NCBI GenBank assembly: GCA_963806185.1
Contig: CAWDXE010000005.1
Location: forward strand, 96,001-160,000
Direction: 5' to 3'
Length of the DNA stretch: 64,000 nucleotides
Source: an uncultured candidate division Zixibacteria bacterium
GTDB lineage: Bacteria > Zixibacteria > MSB-5A5 > GN15 > FEB-12
The stretch's first letter is position 1, and every line of letters begins with the position of its first letter. A model generated the notes under the pieces. It was not told the origin of the DNA and did not search any database. It saw only the letters and a list, made by a program, of their open reading frames with translations. The translations under genes and the position numbers were made by a program. Of the stretch, positions 12,785 to 22,100 are shown in pieces.

Positions 12785-13290
12785 GTGAGGTCAGACGCCG
12801 CGAGGGCGCAGACCAGGACCTCACGCAACGTGTGAATGGCGTCGGGCTTCGACTTCGCTCAAGTCGACGGTAAGATCATCGAGGAGGAGGCGCGCGGTCG
12901 AGCATGTGGTGGACGAATGCAGATTTGAGGTTGCTTCGTCCCCTTCGGCTCCGCTCAGGGTCCTCGCAATGAGGATAATACAGAACAGACGCTCTCGCAC
13001 CCACCCTCACCCCAGCCCAAAGGGAGAGGGTGAAGAGAAGAGCGTCAGGTCACACGCCGCGAGAGCGCAGCGCAGGGCCTGACGGAACGGGTGAATGGCG
13101 GGATAAGGGCCCCATGGATTCCGGACCGTTGGTCCGGAATGACAATAGTGGCTACGCTTCTGAGATCAGCGAATTGGGAGATCATTTTGCGAGATTAGAA
13201 GGGCAAACCCCTTGTTAAATGGAAAATGGGGTTTGCCCTACGCCTGCTGAGATGCTGAAGCCGCTAAGAGGCGACTTCAGCATGACGAGT
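12785..13290. repeat. Mosaic cluster of several REP-like palindrome families between convergent genes
   Basis: GAGGTTGCTTCGTC...CTCGCAATGA (12927-12972), CCCTCACCC...GGGAGAGGG (13004-13031), GTCAGG...CCTGAC (13045-13083), GGATTCCGGACC..GGTCCGGAATGAC (13116-13144), family A (13201-13241); all recur elsewhere in the window. Confidence 0.85.
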
Positions 13291-13315
13291 AACTCGGAGT
13301 TGGATAGGGCCAACG

Positions 13316-13477
13316 TCAGCAACTGACGCAGCAACAATTCGGCGATTTTCCGTCCGCCGTCTTGTCGCCCGGCTTCGGCAGTTTCTCGGGATCGATCGTG
13401 ATCACCAGCTTCTTGCCGTCGTCACTGCGCGAAATCGTGCAGAACGCTTCGGCGTTCGATTCACAACAATCTGACAT
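13316..13477 (-). CDS. Small Cys-rich protein (53 aa; 55 aa if started at 13483), putative metal/metalloid-binding
   Basis: Hand translation MSDCCESNAEAFCTISRSDDGKKLVITIDPEKLPKPGDKTADGKSPNCCCVSC*; strong RBS AAAGGAGGTGA at 13484-13494; below the ORF-track size cut-off. Confidence 0.8.
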   Translation of the reverse strand: MSDCCESNAEAFCTISRSDDGKKLVITIDPEKLPKPGDKTADGKSPNCCCVSC

Positions 13478-13500
13478 ACTCATTCACCTCCTTTCAATCA

Positions 13501-13516
13501 ATAGACGAGCGTCTAT
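13501..13516. promoter_or_regulatory. Putative ArsR operator (7-2-7 palindrome)
   Basis: ATAGACG-AG-CGTCTAT; a related copy ATAAACAACGTTCTAT (11/16 identical) lies at 13833-13848 over the arsR start. Confidence 0.6.
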
Positions 13517-13534
13517 ATAAATGGGCAAAAAAAG

Positions 13535-13828
13535 TCAACGTTTCTTGATGACGATGTCAAGCGTTCCGAGCTGCACACCGCAGCATTCGATGATGGCGTC
13601 CTTGTTGTATTGATAGTAGACCTCCCGTCCGCGCTTTTCACTGGTCACCAGGCCGGCCCGCTTGAGGATGTCAAGATGATGGGAGATCGACGGCTGACTG
13701 ATCGCGAATTGTTCGACGATCTCAGTTACGTTGAGCTCCTTCTTCTTGAGCAGTTCCAGGATGGCCAGGCGGGTTCGGTCGGCCAGCGCCTGAAAGATGA
13801 AACAGCACTGTTCTTTGGGGTCGGTCAT
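13535..13828 (-). CDS. ArsR/SmtB family metalloregulatory transcriptional repressor
   Basis: FQALADRTRLAILELL...SQPSISHHLDILKRAGLV..EKRGREVYY; vicinal CC at both termini; start may be 13828 or 13834. Confidence 0.93.
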   Translation of the reverse strand: MTDPKEQCCFIFQALADRTRLAILELLKKKELNVTEIVEQFAISQPSISHHLDILKRAGLVTSEKRGREVYYQYNKDAIIECCGVQLGTLDIVIKKR

Positions 13829-13957
13829 ATTCATAAACAACGTTCTATATGTCTATACGTTGGCCGAGTGAGGAAAGTTCCGGAGAATTGTCCCAGATCG
13901 TTCAGATTTGATTTCCTGTACCGTCGGGTACAGGTCGCAGGGGGAATTGCCCGCCAC

Positions 13958-13987
13958 TTGACGTAACGTAACATATTGTGATACAAT
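13958..13987 (+). promoter_or_regulatory. sigma70 promoter with extended -10
   Basis: TTGACG-18nt-TACAAT with TG just upstream of -10. Confidence 0.6.
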
Positions 13988-14078
13988 CAATTAAGGCTAA
14001 CGATGCCTATTGGCATACCCTTTGATAATAGACTGGGTCGAGAGTAAACGGAAATTGCACACTACCCAGGAGATACAT

Positions 14079-15206
14079 ATGGTGCGAGGGTTCTTTTTAG
14101 TGCTGACGGGAGCCGCTATGATAGTGGCAGTCGGCTGTTCGGACAAGTCGGTCGCTCCGACCACGGAGGATGCCACGTTGCATGGCGGGTATTCCGCCAC
14201 GAATGAGGCACCCGCTTTTGGCGACGCCACGCTGCTTTCGGCGGCTGGCGCTGAAGACGTTTATCCTGACCCCCTGGTGGCCTCACCGTTGTGTGATTCG
14301 CTGTTGGGGTTGACCCGCGTGCATGCCTATCATTTCCGCGCGGTCTGGGGGCATCTGGTCTGCGATTCGACCGAAGAGGTAGTGACCAACTGGGACGGAA
14401 GTCTCGAGCTTTCGCGCGGCGTTGCCCTGTTGCGGCGCGTCATCGCGTTTGAGCCGGCCACTGACTCCGCACTGCCGCGTATCACTCGTCAGAAAATAGA
14501 ATGGGCATCATCGACCCGTCCGTGCAGCGACGGTATCGGGGTCGATCTGATAGTCCCGCCGTCACCGCTGGTGGTTGATACCAGCATGTTGATCGGCGAG
14601 AACAACGACACAACTTATGTATTCGATACGCTTCCGCCGGTATCGGCGACGCTTGCTTTCGTGACCGGCCCGTACTCGCGGATCTTCAACGAAGCGGAGT
14701 TGGCAGCGCTCGACACAATAATCGAGTTACCGGACGGCAACGCCATCTCGTTTACCGCCTTCCCGATCTATGAAGTGCTGTGCCCGCGCGGATCGCTGAC
14801 CGGAGACTGGACGTACACGGCGGACAGCCAGGGCACGTTTATCGGCACGTGGCGCGACAACCATGGTTTCATCTCGGGGTATGTACGCGGTCATTTCGAG
14901 ATCGACGCCGACAGCCAGCATGTGTTTTACGGCAAGTGGATTGATGAATCGGGTCAATTTGAAGGATTCATTCAGGGACAATGGCGCGAGCGGCACTATG
15001 GTCGCGGCAACGGTAAGGGGATGCATCGCTTCGGCTGGTTTAACGGCGACGTACTTACTGCGGACAATGCGGTCATTGGTCGGGTCAAAGCCAAATTCAC
15101 GGCGGGGAAGGAATCCGATGAAGCCGGTTTCTTCCAGGGGCGCTGGAAAGTGAAGTGTATTGGTGAGTCGGGCGACTACGACGACCACATGGAGGACGAC
15201 GACTAG
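14079..15206 (+). CDS. Hypothetical lipoprotein
   Basis: AGGAG RBS before ATG 14079; lipobox VAVGC; repeated G-x-W beta-strand motifs in the C-terminal half. Confidence 0.8.
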   Translation: MVRGFFLVLTGAAMIVAVGCSDKSVAPTTEDATLHGGYSATNEAPAFGDATLLSAAGAEDVYPDPLVASPLCDSLLGLTRVHAYHFRAVWGHLVCDSTEEVVTNWDGSLELSRGVALLRRVIAFEPATDSALPRITRQKIEWASSTRPCSDGIGVDLIVPPSPLVVDTSMLIGENNDTTYVFDTLPPVSATLAFVTGPYSRIFNEAELAALDTIIELPDGNAISFTAFPIYEVLCPRGSLTGDWTYTADSQGTFIGTWRDNHGFISGYVRGHFEIDADSQHVFYGKWIDESGQFEGFIQGQWRERHYGRGNGKGMHRFGWFNGDVLTADNAVIGRVKAKFTAGKESDEAGFFQGRWKVKCIGESGDYDDHMEDDD

Positions 15207-15263
15207 CTCACCGAGTTCAGAAAAATAAGCGTGCACCGTTCGTGACGCGGTATACGCAACAAA

Positions 15264-15301
15264 CCGGCCTGGCGCCCGCGGTGTCAGGCCGGGACTTTTT
15301 T
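15264..15301 (+). terminator. Intrinsic terminator
   Basis: CCGGCCTGGCGCC/GGTGTCAGGCCGG stem then GACTTTTTT. Confidence 0.75.
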
Positions 15302-15510
15302 GGGGGAGTTTCTCGTTGAAGACGTAAGACGCCGGCAGTGGTGACGAGGAAATGATTGCTTCGCAGCCGGCCCACTTGGCGTCCGAGAAGACGCAGATGA
15401 AACCTTTTTGCGACGCCGGTGTTAAAAAGGAGAGAGAAACATACCCCCTCCTGTCTCTGTCCCTTGGACAGCCCAGCGTTGGGCAGGGTCGGCAACGACT
15501 CTGCCCAATG

Positions 15511-16356
15511 TCATTTCAGGGTTGAATCGAGGGAGGAGATCAGCGAATCCAGTTTGAATTCCTTGCCCAATTTTCCTTTGAGCAACACATAGAGGTCGCG
15601 GGCTTCGCGTTTTTTTGGGAACTCCTTTTGCGCGGCGAGGACATTGGCGAGATTCAGTTTGTAATAGGTGTTGGCGGTGTCTTTGGCCATCAGGCTGCGC
15701 AGAAGCGCTTCGGCTTGTTTGTACTCCCCTTTAGCGGAGAGAAACGTGGCCCGATTGCCGGTGAAGCGATCATCCTCGCCGAATTTTGCAATAGCGCTGT
15801 CGATGAGCATGAGGGCCACGTCAGGCGAATCGACCTGGGCCGCGTAATTGGCGGTCATTACCCAGAGGCCGGGATTACTGGTATCCTGGGTGAGTGCCTT
15901 GCGCGCCCAGTAGTAGGCGTTGCCGGCGTACTGCAGTTTGGCCCACAAATCGGCTTGTTCCGCGTAGTACTTGCTTTCCGGTTCACCGGACCCGATCAAC
16001 CCCTGAACGGCGGACAGGGCGACTTGCCAGTTCTCGATACCGGTGGCAACTTCGAGCAATTCCTGGTTGAGTTCGCGATCGGCGGGGTACAGCAGTTGTG
16101 CTCGCTTCAGGAAGATAAGCGCGGAATCGTATATCTGGTCGCGTCGGTAGGCCATGCCAATGAAATAGAGGACATCTCGCTCAGAAGGTTTCTCCTGGAG
16201 CACTTTGTGGAAGAAGACGCGAGCCTCTTTGTACTGCTTATTCAGGAAGGCTTTCTGGCCTTCCTTCTTGAGTTCTTCGACATTCATTTTATTGCTGCAG
16301 GCGGCGAGGCACAAGAGCAGCAGAACAATTGGGCCGCAGAATTTTGCGATGCGCAT
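15511..16356 (-). CDS. TPR-repeat lipoprotein
   Basis: Lipobox LAAC; helical TPR-like repeats (YFIGMAYRR..YDSAL..LKRA). Confidence 0.85.
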   Translation of the reverse strand: MRIAKFCGPIVLLLLCLAACSNKMNVEELKKEGQKAFLNKQYKEARVFFHKVLQEKPSERDVLYFIGMAYRRDQIYDSALIFLKRAQLLYPADRELNQELLEVATGIENWQVALSAVQGLIGSGEPESKYYAEQADLWAKLQYAGNAYYWARKALTQDTSNPGLWVMTANYAAQVDSPDVALMLIDSAIAKFGEDDRFTGNRATFLSAKGEYKQAEALLRSLMAKDTANTYYKLNLANVLAAQKEFPKKREARDLYVLLKGKLGKEFKLDSLISSLDSTLK

Positions 16357-16418
16357 ATGGGATGAGTATACCCAAATGTCGCTTGGAATTCAAGGGGTGC
16401 ACAAATACCTTAACGCCC

Positions 16419-17981
16419 ATGATTCGACTAATTACCGCCCTTTGGCTTCTTGCCGCAGGTTCTGTTTTGGCGATCCCGTGGCCTCTCCCCCAGCGGCCGG
16501 CTGTGGTGGTCGATCAGGATTCCGACCAGCGAAACGGCGCAGAGTCGGGACGGGATGCCGCGCTGGCTGAGGCGTGGGCGCGATACCTGGAATTCTATCT
16601 GAATGCGATCGGTTACCCGCCGGCAATAACGGCCACACATCGTGACTTGCTCTCAGCCAGGCAACTGGCGTCAGATTCAGGATGTGACATGTTGGTGTTC
16701 GTCGAGGTGTCGGGCGGATTCAGACACAAGACATCATTACAGGTGCTTGAGCATCGGCGTCATCGATTCGTCACTACCGGCGGATTGCTCGAACTGAAGG
16801 TGAAATATGCGCTGATGGAGCGGCGCGGCGAGACGTGGGTAATCGTCTCGAAGGGAACGGTGAAGGAGAGTGCCGATCCTGACTGGATTGACCGATTGGG
16901 CAGACCGGTCCCTGAAGCAGTGCGACAAGGGGCGCAACTTATGGCGGAGCCGATTGAATACGTACTTCAGCGATGTGCGGAGCGAGTGGTTGTGGAGATG
17001 GGTTTTCGAGCGCGTGACGCCCGATCAGCGGACACGGCGGCGCCGTCGATACCGATTGAAGTGGCCGCGGATCTCTCATACATAGCGGCCCATCGAAATG
17101 AATGGTCACAGCTGGCGGAGCTGACGGTGGGAACGGCGGCGGCGTTTTATGCGGCTGAATTCGGCGTTCGGGTTCACGCTATCGACGTGCAGCCGGCGCG
17201 CGCTTCATTTGGCGGCGCGGTGCCGATCAGGGATTTGTACGAAGCGCTCTCTTATCAGAACCTGAAGCGCGGTGATACGGTGCTGCTCTCACTCTACGCA
17301 TCGCCGAGCCCGATCGAGCACGCCCTCGGACGGGATCATGAGGAGATTGGTCTGAGCGAGACCGGGGAGAATTTGATCGTCGTGCGCGATCTTCCGGTAC
17401 CGCAATCGAGGGACTGGCGCTGGTCGGCCCAATTCACGGGATTGAATTTCGCTCACGAGCTGGGTCATCAGCTTGGGGCGATTCATGTCTCGGATGCGCG
17501 GTCGCTGATGAACCACACGCTTTCGTGGTTGGTGCCGGACGGTATCGATGAACTGAATACGGCCATCATCAAGGCGAAGCTAGAGCATCGGCTGCGTCCG
17601 ACAGATACGGCGGCTTACGCGGGATTTGTGGCGGCGACGATTGATTCGTCGGGGTACAATCTGGCGGACATTCCACAGTTCTTTTATCGCATGCTTCCGC
17701 TCAAGGAAAATTCCGCGGGGCCGAAGTCACCGTTTGCGCGGATCAAGCCGGTGTACTTTTTGGCGGCGCGCGGATATGGTCATCTCATTCATGGAGAGTT
17801 GCCGGCCGCGGCCGAATTGTTTCGGCAGGCGGTAGCCTCGGAGCCGGAGCAGGCGAGCCTGCATTACTACCTGGCCCATTGCACGGGGGGTGAAGAATCA
17901 CGAAGAGCGTGGCAGACGGCCGCCAGTCTCGGCTACTGGCAGGCACAGATTGCCATGAGCCAAAGCACACGCAAGCGCTGA
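16419..17981 (+). CDS. Secreted metzincin (M12/reprolysin-like) metallopeptidase with C-terminal TPR
   Basis: Signal peptide MIRLITALWLLAAGSVLA; HELGHQLGAIH zinc motif; SLM Met-turn. Confidence 0.8.
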   Translation: MIRLITALWLLAAGSVLAIPWPLPQRPAVVVDQDSDQRNGAESGRDAALAEAWARYLEFYLNAIGYPPAITATHRDLLSARQLASDSGCDMLVFVEVSGGFRHKTSLQVLEHRRHRFVTTGGLLELKVKYALMERRGETWVIVSKGTVKESADPDWIDRLGRPVPEAVRQGAQLMAEPIEYVLQRCAERVVVEMGFRARDARSADTAAPSIPIEVAADLSYIAAHRNEWSQLAELTVGTAAAFYAAEFGVRVHAIDVQPARASFGGAVPIRDLYEALSYQNLKRGDTVLLSLYASPSPIEHALGRDHEEIGLSETGENLIVVRDLPVPQSRDWRWSAQFTGLNFAHELGHQLGAIHVSDARSLMNHTLSWLVPDGIDELNTAIIKAKLEHRLRPTDTAAYAGFVAATIDSSGYNLADIPQFFYRMLPLKENSAGPKSPFARIKPVYFLAARGYGHLIHGELPAAAELFRQAVASEPEQASLHYYLAHCTGGEESRRAWQTAASLGYWQAQIAMSQSTRKR

Positions 17982-18030
17982 GGAAGAGTGAGGAGAATTG
18001 ACATTGTCTCAAAAGCCCATACATTCCGAT

Positions 18031-18936
18031 ATGTCCAACCCGCAGGCATTTAGTTCGACAACGAAGGTGATGGCCCTGATACGTTTCGGGGGCGTTAAGG
18101 CCCGTTCGCTCGAAGCCTTGGTGCGCCGCTACGGCGATCTGGATGCGATTCTATCGGCTGACACCGGCTCTTTGATGAGTATCGACGGCATGTCGACTAC
18201 GGCCGCCGGCAAGATCGCAAAGACGGTGCGGCACCTGAAGGAAGCAGACGATTATCTTGCCGAATTGCGGTCGCGCGAGATCAGCCTGACGACGCGCTTC
18301 GACGAGGCGTATCCGGAAGTACTTTTCGAATTGAATGATCCGCCGACCATGCTGTATGTGCGCGGGCAGATGCCGGAGATTCGGCATAAGTCGGTCGCGC
18401 TGGTGGGCGATGAGCCGGCCTCGGACGAGGCACTTACGATGATGAGCAGGCTGAGTAAGACGTTCACCCAGGCCAAAGTCCAGGTGGTGGCGACACTGGT
18501 TGGCGGCGCGGACGCGGCGGCACATCTGGCGGCCCGAGCGGCGGGGGGAAAATCGTACGCCGTGATCCCGACCGGGTTTGATCAGCTGGACGGTTTAGAG
18601 TTACGCACGCTGGCAATCGACATCGTCAATGCGGGCGGGGTAATCTCCGAGTTTCCGCCGGAAGAGAAGTCGGGTGACACTCATTTTGTGCAGACAAATC
18701 GCATTCTGGCCGGCCTCTCTCACGGAGTGGTGGTCACCGAGGTTCATAAACAATCGGCGCGTGTGCGCGACGTGCTGACGTTCTGCAATCAGATCGGGAA
18801 ACTGGCCTTTGTCATGATCGACCCGGCCCTGGGGGCCTTTGCCGACGATGAATCACTTGCCTTTGCGATCGATCACGGGGCGATTCCGATCACCGGCTAC
18901 GATCGCATCGGCGACATTATTCGTTCGCTCGTGTAA
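18031..18936 (+). CDS. Divergent DprA/SMF-like protein lacking the C-terminal winged helix
   Basis: HhH-like N-terminus, YPEVLFELNDPPTMLYVRG, GGVISEFPP, NRILAGLS; several DprA motifs are degenerate. Confidence 0.8.
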   Translation: MSNPQAFSSTTKVMALIRFGGVKARSLEALVRRYGDLDAILSADTGSLMSIDGMSTTAAGKIAKTVRHLKEADDYLAELRSREISLTTRFDEAYPEVLFELNDPPTMLYVRGQMPEIRHKSVALVGDEPASDEALTMMSRLSKTFTQAKVQVVATLVGGADAAAHLAARAAGGKSYAVIPTGFDQLDGLELRTLAIDIVNAGGVISEFPPEEKSGDTHFVQTNRILAGLSHGVVVTEVHKQSARVRDVLTFCNQIGKLAFVMIDPALGAFADDESLAFAIDHGAIPITGYDRIGDIIRSLV

Positions 18937-19556
18937 TGCCTAAGGACACTGACAGTTATTTCACGGTCGCATCCGAGGCGACGGTGGAAATCAAGATCAA
19001 GGCCTCACGTTTCATCGGGGAGGTCTGTCCGGCGTCCACGCTTGACGAAGCCCTCATTCAACTGGAAGCCATCCGCAAACGGGAATACGCCGCAACTCAT
19101 CACTGTTTCGCCTGGCGGGGCGACGCCGCCAGACCATCGGAATTCAAATACTCGGACGATGGGGAACCATCCGGAACGGCGGGCAAGCCGATTTACGATG
19201 TATTGTGTGGTGCTGGGCTGGTGCGGACGTTGGTCGTGGTCACACGGTACTTTGGGGGCACCAAGCTGGGCACCGGTGGGCTAGTCCATGCATACGGTGA
19301 CGCGGCGCGGGCGGTGTTGCAGCAGGCGGGCTCTCGAGAACATTTTCTCACTTTCACATTCCGCCTTAAATTCAATTATTCCCTGTACGACCAACTCAAT
19401 GTGAAGCTGCACAAGCTGGAAGCGACGGTGCTCGATAGCCAGTTTGCCGATACAGTGACGTTGTGCGTTGAAATACGACGGAGCCGCGATGAGCAGTTTC
19501 AAGCGATGTTTATGGAACTGACCGCCGGGAAGGGCATCTGTGAGCGTATCGGCTAG
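18936..19556 (+). CDS. yigZ: YigZ/IMPACT family protein
   Basis: IKASRFIG, ATHHCFAW, SDDGEPSGTAG, VTRYFGGTKLGTGGL. Confidence 0.95.
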   Translation: MPKDTDSYFTVASEATVEIKIKASRFIGEVCPASTLDEALIQLEAIRKREYAATHHCFAWRGDAARPSEFKYSDDGEPSGTAGKPIYDVLCGAGLVRTLVVVTRYFGGTKLGTGGLVHAYGDAARAVLQQAGSREHFLTFTFRLKFNYSLYDQLNVKLHKLEATVLDSQFADTVTLCVEIRRSRDEQFQAMFMELTAGKGICERIG

Positions 19557-20466
19557 AGAGAAACGAATCGACGTGCTGGGGCTGGGTATCATGCCGATCG
19601 ATATCCTGCTGACAGTGCCGTATTATCCGGAGTCGGGGGCAAAGATCGACGCAACCGCATTCTGTCTCCAAGGGGGCGGGCCGGTTCCCAACGCGCTGGT
19701 CGGGTTGTCGCGGCTGGGCTGCCGCACGGCGATCATTGCGGCGGTCGGGAATGATTCGATGGCGCAGGTGCACCTCGACGAATTGAAAAAGGAAAAGGTA
19801 GACGCGCGGTACTTGGTGCACAAGAAAACGGCATCCGACACGGCATCGGGGATGATAGAAATCGGCACGGGGAGGCGGACGATTGCGCTGTATCGTCGGA
19901 CGAGTATTCGTCCGAGCGATCTTAAGCCGCTCACCTATCCCCGGCCGCGGCTCGTGCATCTCGACGGTCGCGATCTGGATGCATGCATCAAGCTTGCCCG
20001 ATGGGCGAAGCGAGCAGGTGCGCTGGTATCGTTTGACATCGGGTCCGTGCGCAATGACGTCTCGCCGATTTTTCCGTTGGTTGATCATCTGGTGGTGGCA
20101 GACGCGTATGCGTTTTCGTTTACCGGCGAGACAGAGGTGCGGAAGGCGATTGGTGAACTTCGCCGTCACTGCGCGGGGACGATTGTGATCACGGAAGGAT
20201 TGAGAGGTTCGACGGGACTCGAGCAGGACGAGTGGGTATACCAACCCGCCTATCGCGTGAGCGCCGTAGACACGACTGGTGCGGGAGACGCATTTCACGC
20301 CGGGTATTTGTACGGCCTCTTGCGTGGAGACAGACTGGCGGAACGGTTGAAGCTGGGGGCGGCGGTGGCGGCACTCAAATGCACCGGCCCGGGCGCGCGC
20401 ACGAGTCTTCCCAGCCGGGCGAAACTTCGGGCCTTTCTGAAAAACCTGCCGGAGGCGTATGCTTGA
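19540..20466 (+). CDS. PfkB family carbohydrate kinase
   Basis: GGGPVPNA..LSRLG, AVGND, VDTTGAGDAF signature. Confidence 0.93.
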   Translation: MSVSAREKRIDVLGLGIMPIDILLTVPYYPESGAKIDATAFCLQGGGPVPNALVGLSRLGCRTAIIAAVGNDSMAQVHLDELKKEKVDARYLVHKKTASDTASGMIEIGTGRRTIALYRRTSIRPSDLKPLTYPRPRLVHLDGRDLDACIKLARWAKRAGALVSFDIGSVRNDVSPIFPLVDHLVVADAYAFSFTGETEVRKAIGELRRHCAGTIVITEGLRGSTGLEQDEWVYQPAYRVSAVDTTGAGDAFHAGYLYGLLRGDRLAERLKLGAAVAALKCTGPGARTSLPSRAKLRAFLKNLPEAYA

Positions 20467-21049
20467 GTGGTTGAATCAGATTGACGTGGCGCTGTTCCAC
20501 GCGATCAATGTCGGCCTGGCGAATCCGGTGACCGACTTCATCATGCCGATAGTCACCAATGATTACGTACTCCGGACCTGTTTTGCCATGGCGATGGTGA
20601 TTCTGTTTTGGCGAGGAGATCGGCGGGTTCGCTGGTCGGTGCTGTTTGCGGCGCTGGCGCTGGCGATTTCGGATTGGACATCCTCAAGCCTACTCAAGGA
20701 TATGGCGCAGCGACTTCGCCCCTGTCATGTGCTGACGGATATACACTTGTTGGTGAACTGCGGCGGGGGGAAGTCGATGCCGTCGTCGCACGCCACCAAT
20801 GCGTTTGCGATTGCGGCGTTCTATGGCATACCCTTCAAGCGGTACCGATGGCCACTGGTTTGCATAGCCGCGCTGATTGCCTTGAGTCGGGTGTTTTGCG
20901 GTGTGCACTATCCCGGAGATATCGTGGTGGGGGCGGCGGTGGGGATCATCGTCGGCGCGATTATGACTTCCCTATTCAAGATGGTCACGACCAAATTCCC
21001 CGGCCCCGGCAAAGCGGATGAGACAGCTACCCCGGCCAAGGAGCACTAA
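20459..21049 (+). CDS. PAP2 family membrane phosphatase
   Basis: K...R.RP, SMPSSH, SRVFCGVHYPGD motifs. Confidence 0.93.
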   Translation: MLEWLNQIDVALFHAINVGLANPVTDFIMPIVTNDYVLRTCFAMAMVILFWRGDRRVRWSVLFAALALAISDWTSSSLLKDMAQRLRPCHVLTDIHLLVNCGGGKSMPSSHATNAFAIAAFYGIPFKRYRWPLVCIAALIALSRVFCGVHYPGDIVVGAAVGIIVGAIMTSLFKMVTTKFPGPGKADETATPAKEH

Positions 21050-21549
21050 TGCCGATAGAGATTCAGATCGTCAAGGGGGACATAACCCACGCCGACACGC
21101 AGGCGATCGTCAACGCCGCGAACAACAATTTCTGGATGGGTTCGGGTGTCGCCGGGGCAATCAAAGCGGCCGGGGGTGTTGTGATCGAGGAGGAAGCGAT
21201 GCGCAAGGGTCCGGTAATGCCGGGAGAGGCAGTTTGGACGGGGGCCGGACAGCTGCCGTTCAAGGCGGTGATCCACGCGGCGGTCATGGGGCAGGATCTG
21301 CACACCAACGATAAACTGATTCGCCAGGCAACGATTGCGAGTCTCAATATTGCCGAGAAGCTCAAACTGGAGTCAGTGGCGTTTCCGGCGTTTGGCACCG
21401 GGGTGGGGGGATTCCCATTGCCGGCGTGCGCCAATCTGATGATCGGCACCGTGCGCAATTTCGAATCGATTGCCCATCACGTGAAGCGGGTGCAATTCTG
21501 CCTGTTCGACGAAGTCTCGTACAAGATCTTTCTGGATCGGCGGAAGTAG
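21049..21549 (+). CDS. Macro domain protein (ADP-ribose deacylase-like)
   Basis: GDIT, AIVNAAN, GSGVAGAI, VIHA, AFPAFGTGVGG. Confidence 0.93.
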   Translation: MPIEIQIVKGDITHADTQAIVNAANNNFWMGSGVAGAIKAAGGVVIEEEAMRKGPVMPGEAVWTGAGQLPFKAVIHAAVMGQDLHTNDKLIRQATIASLNIAEKLKLESVAFPAFGTGVGGFPLPACANLMIGTVRNFESIAHHVKRVQFCLFDEVSYKIFLDRRK

Positions 21550-21552
21550 CGA

Positions 21553-22080
21553 TCACTTGTCGAAAGCCTGAAGCCGGGTAATGCTGGAGTCGAGCCAGGC
21601 GACTACCGAATCTTTGCGCGTTCCTTCGATTTTTGTCCCCCAGTGCATCAGGCGGTAGCTCCAGAGCGGCATCCCCCCTTCGTCGATTTCATCGTGCATG
21701 CGGTGGAGCAATTGGATAGGTTCGCCCTTGCCGCTGAAAGGGAAGCCGTTGGTCATATCCAGTTCTTTTCGACCTTCTTCGATGTGCCCGCTGAGGAACT
21801 GCTTTACGCCGGGGAGTTTGGCGTACCAGGGGAATTTCGTCTTTTGACTGTGGCAGTCGAAGCAACTCCGTTCAAAGACCGGTTTGAGCAGCTGAAAGCC
21901 GGAATCGATTTGGGAATATACGGCCAGTTGGGCCGCGGCGGTGAAGCTGTCCAGAGTGACGGACGGTGCTTTGGTCTCGCCAGCTTTTTCACTTTCATCG
22001 TCGTCTGAACACGATATCACCGCAGTCAGCAGCAGGATTGCGATTGGCAGCAGAAAAATGATTCGCCCAGGATTGCGCAT
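21553..22080 (-). CDS. Heme-binding (Haem_bd-like) c-type cytochrome lipoprotein
   Basis: Lipobox VISC; RSCFDCHS CxxCH; PWYA; MPLWSYRLMHW. Confidence 0.85.
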   Translation of the reverse strand: MRNPGRIIFLLPIAILLLTAVISCSDDDESEKAGETKAPSVTLDSFTAAAQLAVYSQIDSGFQLLKPVFERSCFDCHSQKTKFPWYAKLPGVKQFLSGHIEEGRKELDMTNGFPFSGKGEPIQLLHRMHDEIDEGGMPLWSYRLMHWGTKIEGTRKDSVVAWLDSSITRLQAFDK

Positions 22081-22100
22081 AGCGATACCTCAAAGCGGAG

